From contig NW_027590142.1 in assembly GCF_964213995.1 (NCBI RefSeq), forward strand, positions 992,001-1,056,000: a DNA stretch of 64,000 nt, written 5' to 3'. The DNA is from Mustelus asterias (taxonomy: Eukaryota). Under the pieces are notes generated by a model. That model saw nothing but the letters and a program-made list of their open reading frames with translations, made no database searches and was not told the DNA's origin. The translations under genes were made by a program, and so were the position numbers. Below are positions 61,600 through 64,000 of this stretch, piece by piece (position 1 is the first letter of the stretch; each line of letters starts with the position of its first letter).

Positions 61600-62100
61600 C
61601 AGAAGACAGAGGGTAGCAGTGAAACAATGCGTTTCTGAATGGAGGGCTGTGACTAGTGGCATCCCGCAGGGATCAGTGCTGGGACCTTTGCTGTTTGTAA
61701 TATATATAAATGATTTGGAGGAAAATGTGGACGACACAAAGGTTGTTGGATTTGCGGATAGCGATGAGGACCATCAGAGGATACAGCAGGATATACATCA
61801 GTTGGGCGGAGAGATGGCAGATGGAGTTTAATCCGGATAAATGTGAGGTAATGCATGTTGGAAGGTCTAATACAGATAGGAAATATACAGTAAATGGCAG
61901 AACCCTGCAGGGTATTGATAGGCAGAGGGAACTGGGTGTACAGGTACACAGGTTACTGAAAGTGGCAACACAGTTGGAGAAGGTAGTGAAGAAGGCATAT
62001 GGCATGCTTGCCTTCATCGGCTGGGGCATTGAATGTAAAAATTGGCAAATCATGTTGCAGCTTTATAAAACCTTAATTAGGCCACACTTGGAATATAGTG
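61600..62100 (+). mobile_element. CR1 LINE fragment
   Basis: [37 protein letters not shown]. Confidence 0.9.
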
Positions 62101-62129
62101 CGGCATAATTATATAGTGCAGCATGAACT

Positions 62130-63260
62130 CTGTCCATGCCTCTCATAATCTTGTAAACTTCTATCAGGTCACCCCTCAACTCCGCTGTTCCAGTGAGAAC
62201 AACCCACGTTTCTCCAACCTCTCCTCATAGCTAATGCCCTCCATACCAGGCAACATCCTGGTAAATCTTTTCTGTACCCTCTCCAAAGCCTCCATATCCT
62301 TCTGGTAGTGTGGTGACCAGAATTGAACACTATATTCCAAGTGCAGCCTAACTAAGCTTCTATAAAGCTGCAACATGACTTGCCAATTTTTAAACTCAAT
62401 GCCCCGGCCGATGAAGGCAAGCATGCCGTATGCCTTCTTGACTACCTTCTCCACCTGCATTGCCACTTTCAGTGACCTGTGTACCTGTACACCCAGGTCC
62501 CTTGACCTATTTTAAGGGTTCTGCCATTTACTGTACATTTCCTTTTTGGATTACACCTTCCAAAATGCATTATCTCACATTTGTCCGGATTAAACTCCAT
62601 CTGCCACCTCTCCGCCCAAGTCTCCAACTGATCTATATCCTGCTGTATCCTCTGATGGTCCTCATCGCTATCTGGAAATCCACTAACCTTTGTGTCATCT
62701 GCAAACTTACTAATCAATCCAGTTACATTTTCCTCCAAATCATTTATATATATATATATAACAAACAGCAAAGGTCCCAGCACTGATCCCTGAGGGACGC
62801 CACTTGTCACAGTCCTCCATTCAGAAATGCACCCTTCCACTGCTACCCTCTGTCTTTGACCGAGCAGTTTTGTATCCACGTAGCCAGCTCACCTCTGATC
62901 CCATGCAACTTTACCTTCTGCACCAGTCTGCCATGAGGGACCTTGTCAAAGGCTTTACTGAAGTCCATGCAGACAACATCCACTGCCCTATCCTCATCAA
63001 TCATCTTCGTCACTTCCTCGAAAAACTCGATCAAGTTAGTGAGACACGACCTCCCCTTCACAAAACCATGTTGACTCTCACTAATACGTCCACTTATTTC
63101 CAAGTGGGAATAAATGCTGTCTTGAAGAATCCTCTCCAGTAATTTCCCGACCACTGATGTAAGGCTCACCGGCCTGTAATTACCTGGATTATTCTTGCCA
63201 CCCTTCTTAAACAAAGGAACAAAATTGGCTACTCTCCAATCCTCTGGGACCTCCCCTGAG
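62130..63260 (-). mobile_element. CR1 LINE fragment
   Basis: [39 protein letters not shown]. Confidence 0.92.
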
Positions 63261-63459
63261 ACTGATCGCCAAGTTCCGCACACATGAGGACGGCCTCAAC
63301 TGGGATCTTGGGTTCATGTCACACTATCTGTAACCCCTACGACTTGCCTGGGCTTGCAAAATCTCACTAACTGTCCTGTCTGGAGACAATACACATCTCT
63401 TTAACCTGTGCTTAGCCCTCTCTCCACTCACAGTGTCTGTATCTTTAAGACTTGATTAG
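63261..63459 (+). mobile_element. Penelope-like element 3' fragment
   Basis: LIAKFRTHEDGLNWDLGFMSHYL*. Confidence 0.85.
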
Positions 63460-63865
63460 ATCCTCTCAAAATACCTTCCAACAACTTACCCACTACAGAT
63501 GTGAGGCTCACTGGCCTGTAGTTCCCAGGCTTTTCTCTGCAGCCCTTTTTAAACAAAGGCACAACATTTTCCACCCTCCAACCTCCAGGCACCTCACCTG
63601 TGATTATCGATGATTGAAATATCTCTGCTCGGGGACCCACAATTTTCTCCCTCGTCTCCCAAAGTGTCCTGGGATACACTTCATCAGATCCCAGGGATTT
63701 ATCTACCTTGATGCACTTTAAAATTTCCAGCACCTCCTTCTCTGTGATATGTACACTCCTCAGGACATCACTGTTTATTTCCCCGAGTTCCCGAAACATC
63801 CATGCTTTTCTCAACAGTAAATACTGATGAGAAATATTCATTTAGGATCTCACCCATCTCTTGTT
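63460..63865 (-). mobile_element. CR1 LINE fragment
   Basis: VPLFKKGCREKPGNYRPVSLTSVVGKLLEGIL. Confidence 0.88.
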
Positions 63866-64000
63866 TTATGTGGATGTTTGTAAATGTGTTTTATCATTGT
63901 TTTGGGCTACATTTGCTAAGGTTTATCTTTCTGGGGAATTAACCTTACCTTGAGTATTTAATTAAAGGCATTCCTGAAAGTTTAAAAACAGAACCACAAG

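Noticed and set aside
61600-63260. Inverted CR1 pair as a twin-priming product
   Set aside because: The two pieces overlap the same part of ORF2 and differ in sequence, so they look like separate insertions

Overview
Repeat-rich vertebrate DNA, almost certainly from a shark or other elasmobranch (HE1-type tRNA-derived SINEs, CR1/HER1-type LINEs, Penelope-like elements, KRAB-less tandem C2H2 genes). The window has four parts. (i) ~12.3-23.3 kb holds T-cell receptor alpha/delta-type V segments in mixed orientation; two have near-canonical 23-bp-spacer RSSs, every one carries a disabling lesion, and no D, J or C is present. (ii) ~25.6-29.8 kb is a decaying tandem tRNA-Val array. (iii) ~30.8-32.2 kb is an unprocessed, truncated EMC4 pseudogene. 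(iv) ~33.7-61.3 kb holds four C2H2 zinc-finger genes with CpG-island promoters and a 1.7-kb minisatellite. The most unusual object is a ~1.25-kb element present twice in tandem at 49.4-51.9 kb, exactly at a zinc-finger exon-1 splice donor. It is bounded by three copies of a 15-bp target repeat and carries three conserved GAA/AGUA (loop E-like) hairpins. Also present are a triple head-to-tail Tx1 3' end and several Penelope-derived minimal hammerhead ribozyme motifs. All calls were made by eye, and repeat boundaries are approximate.
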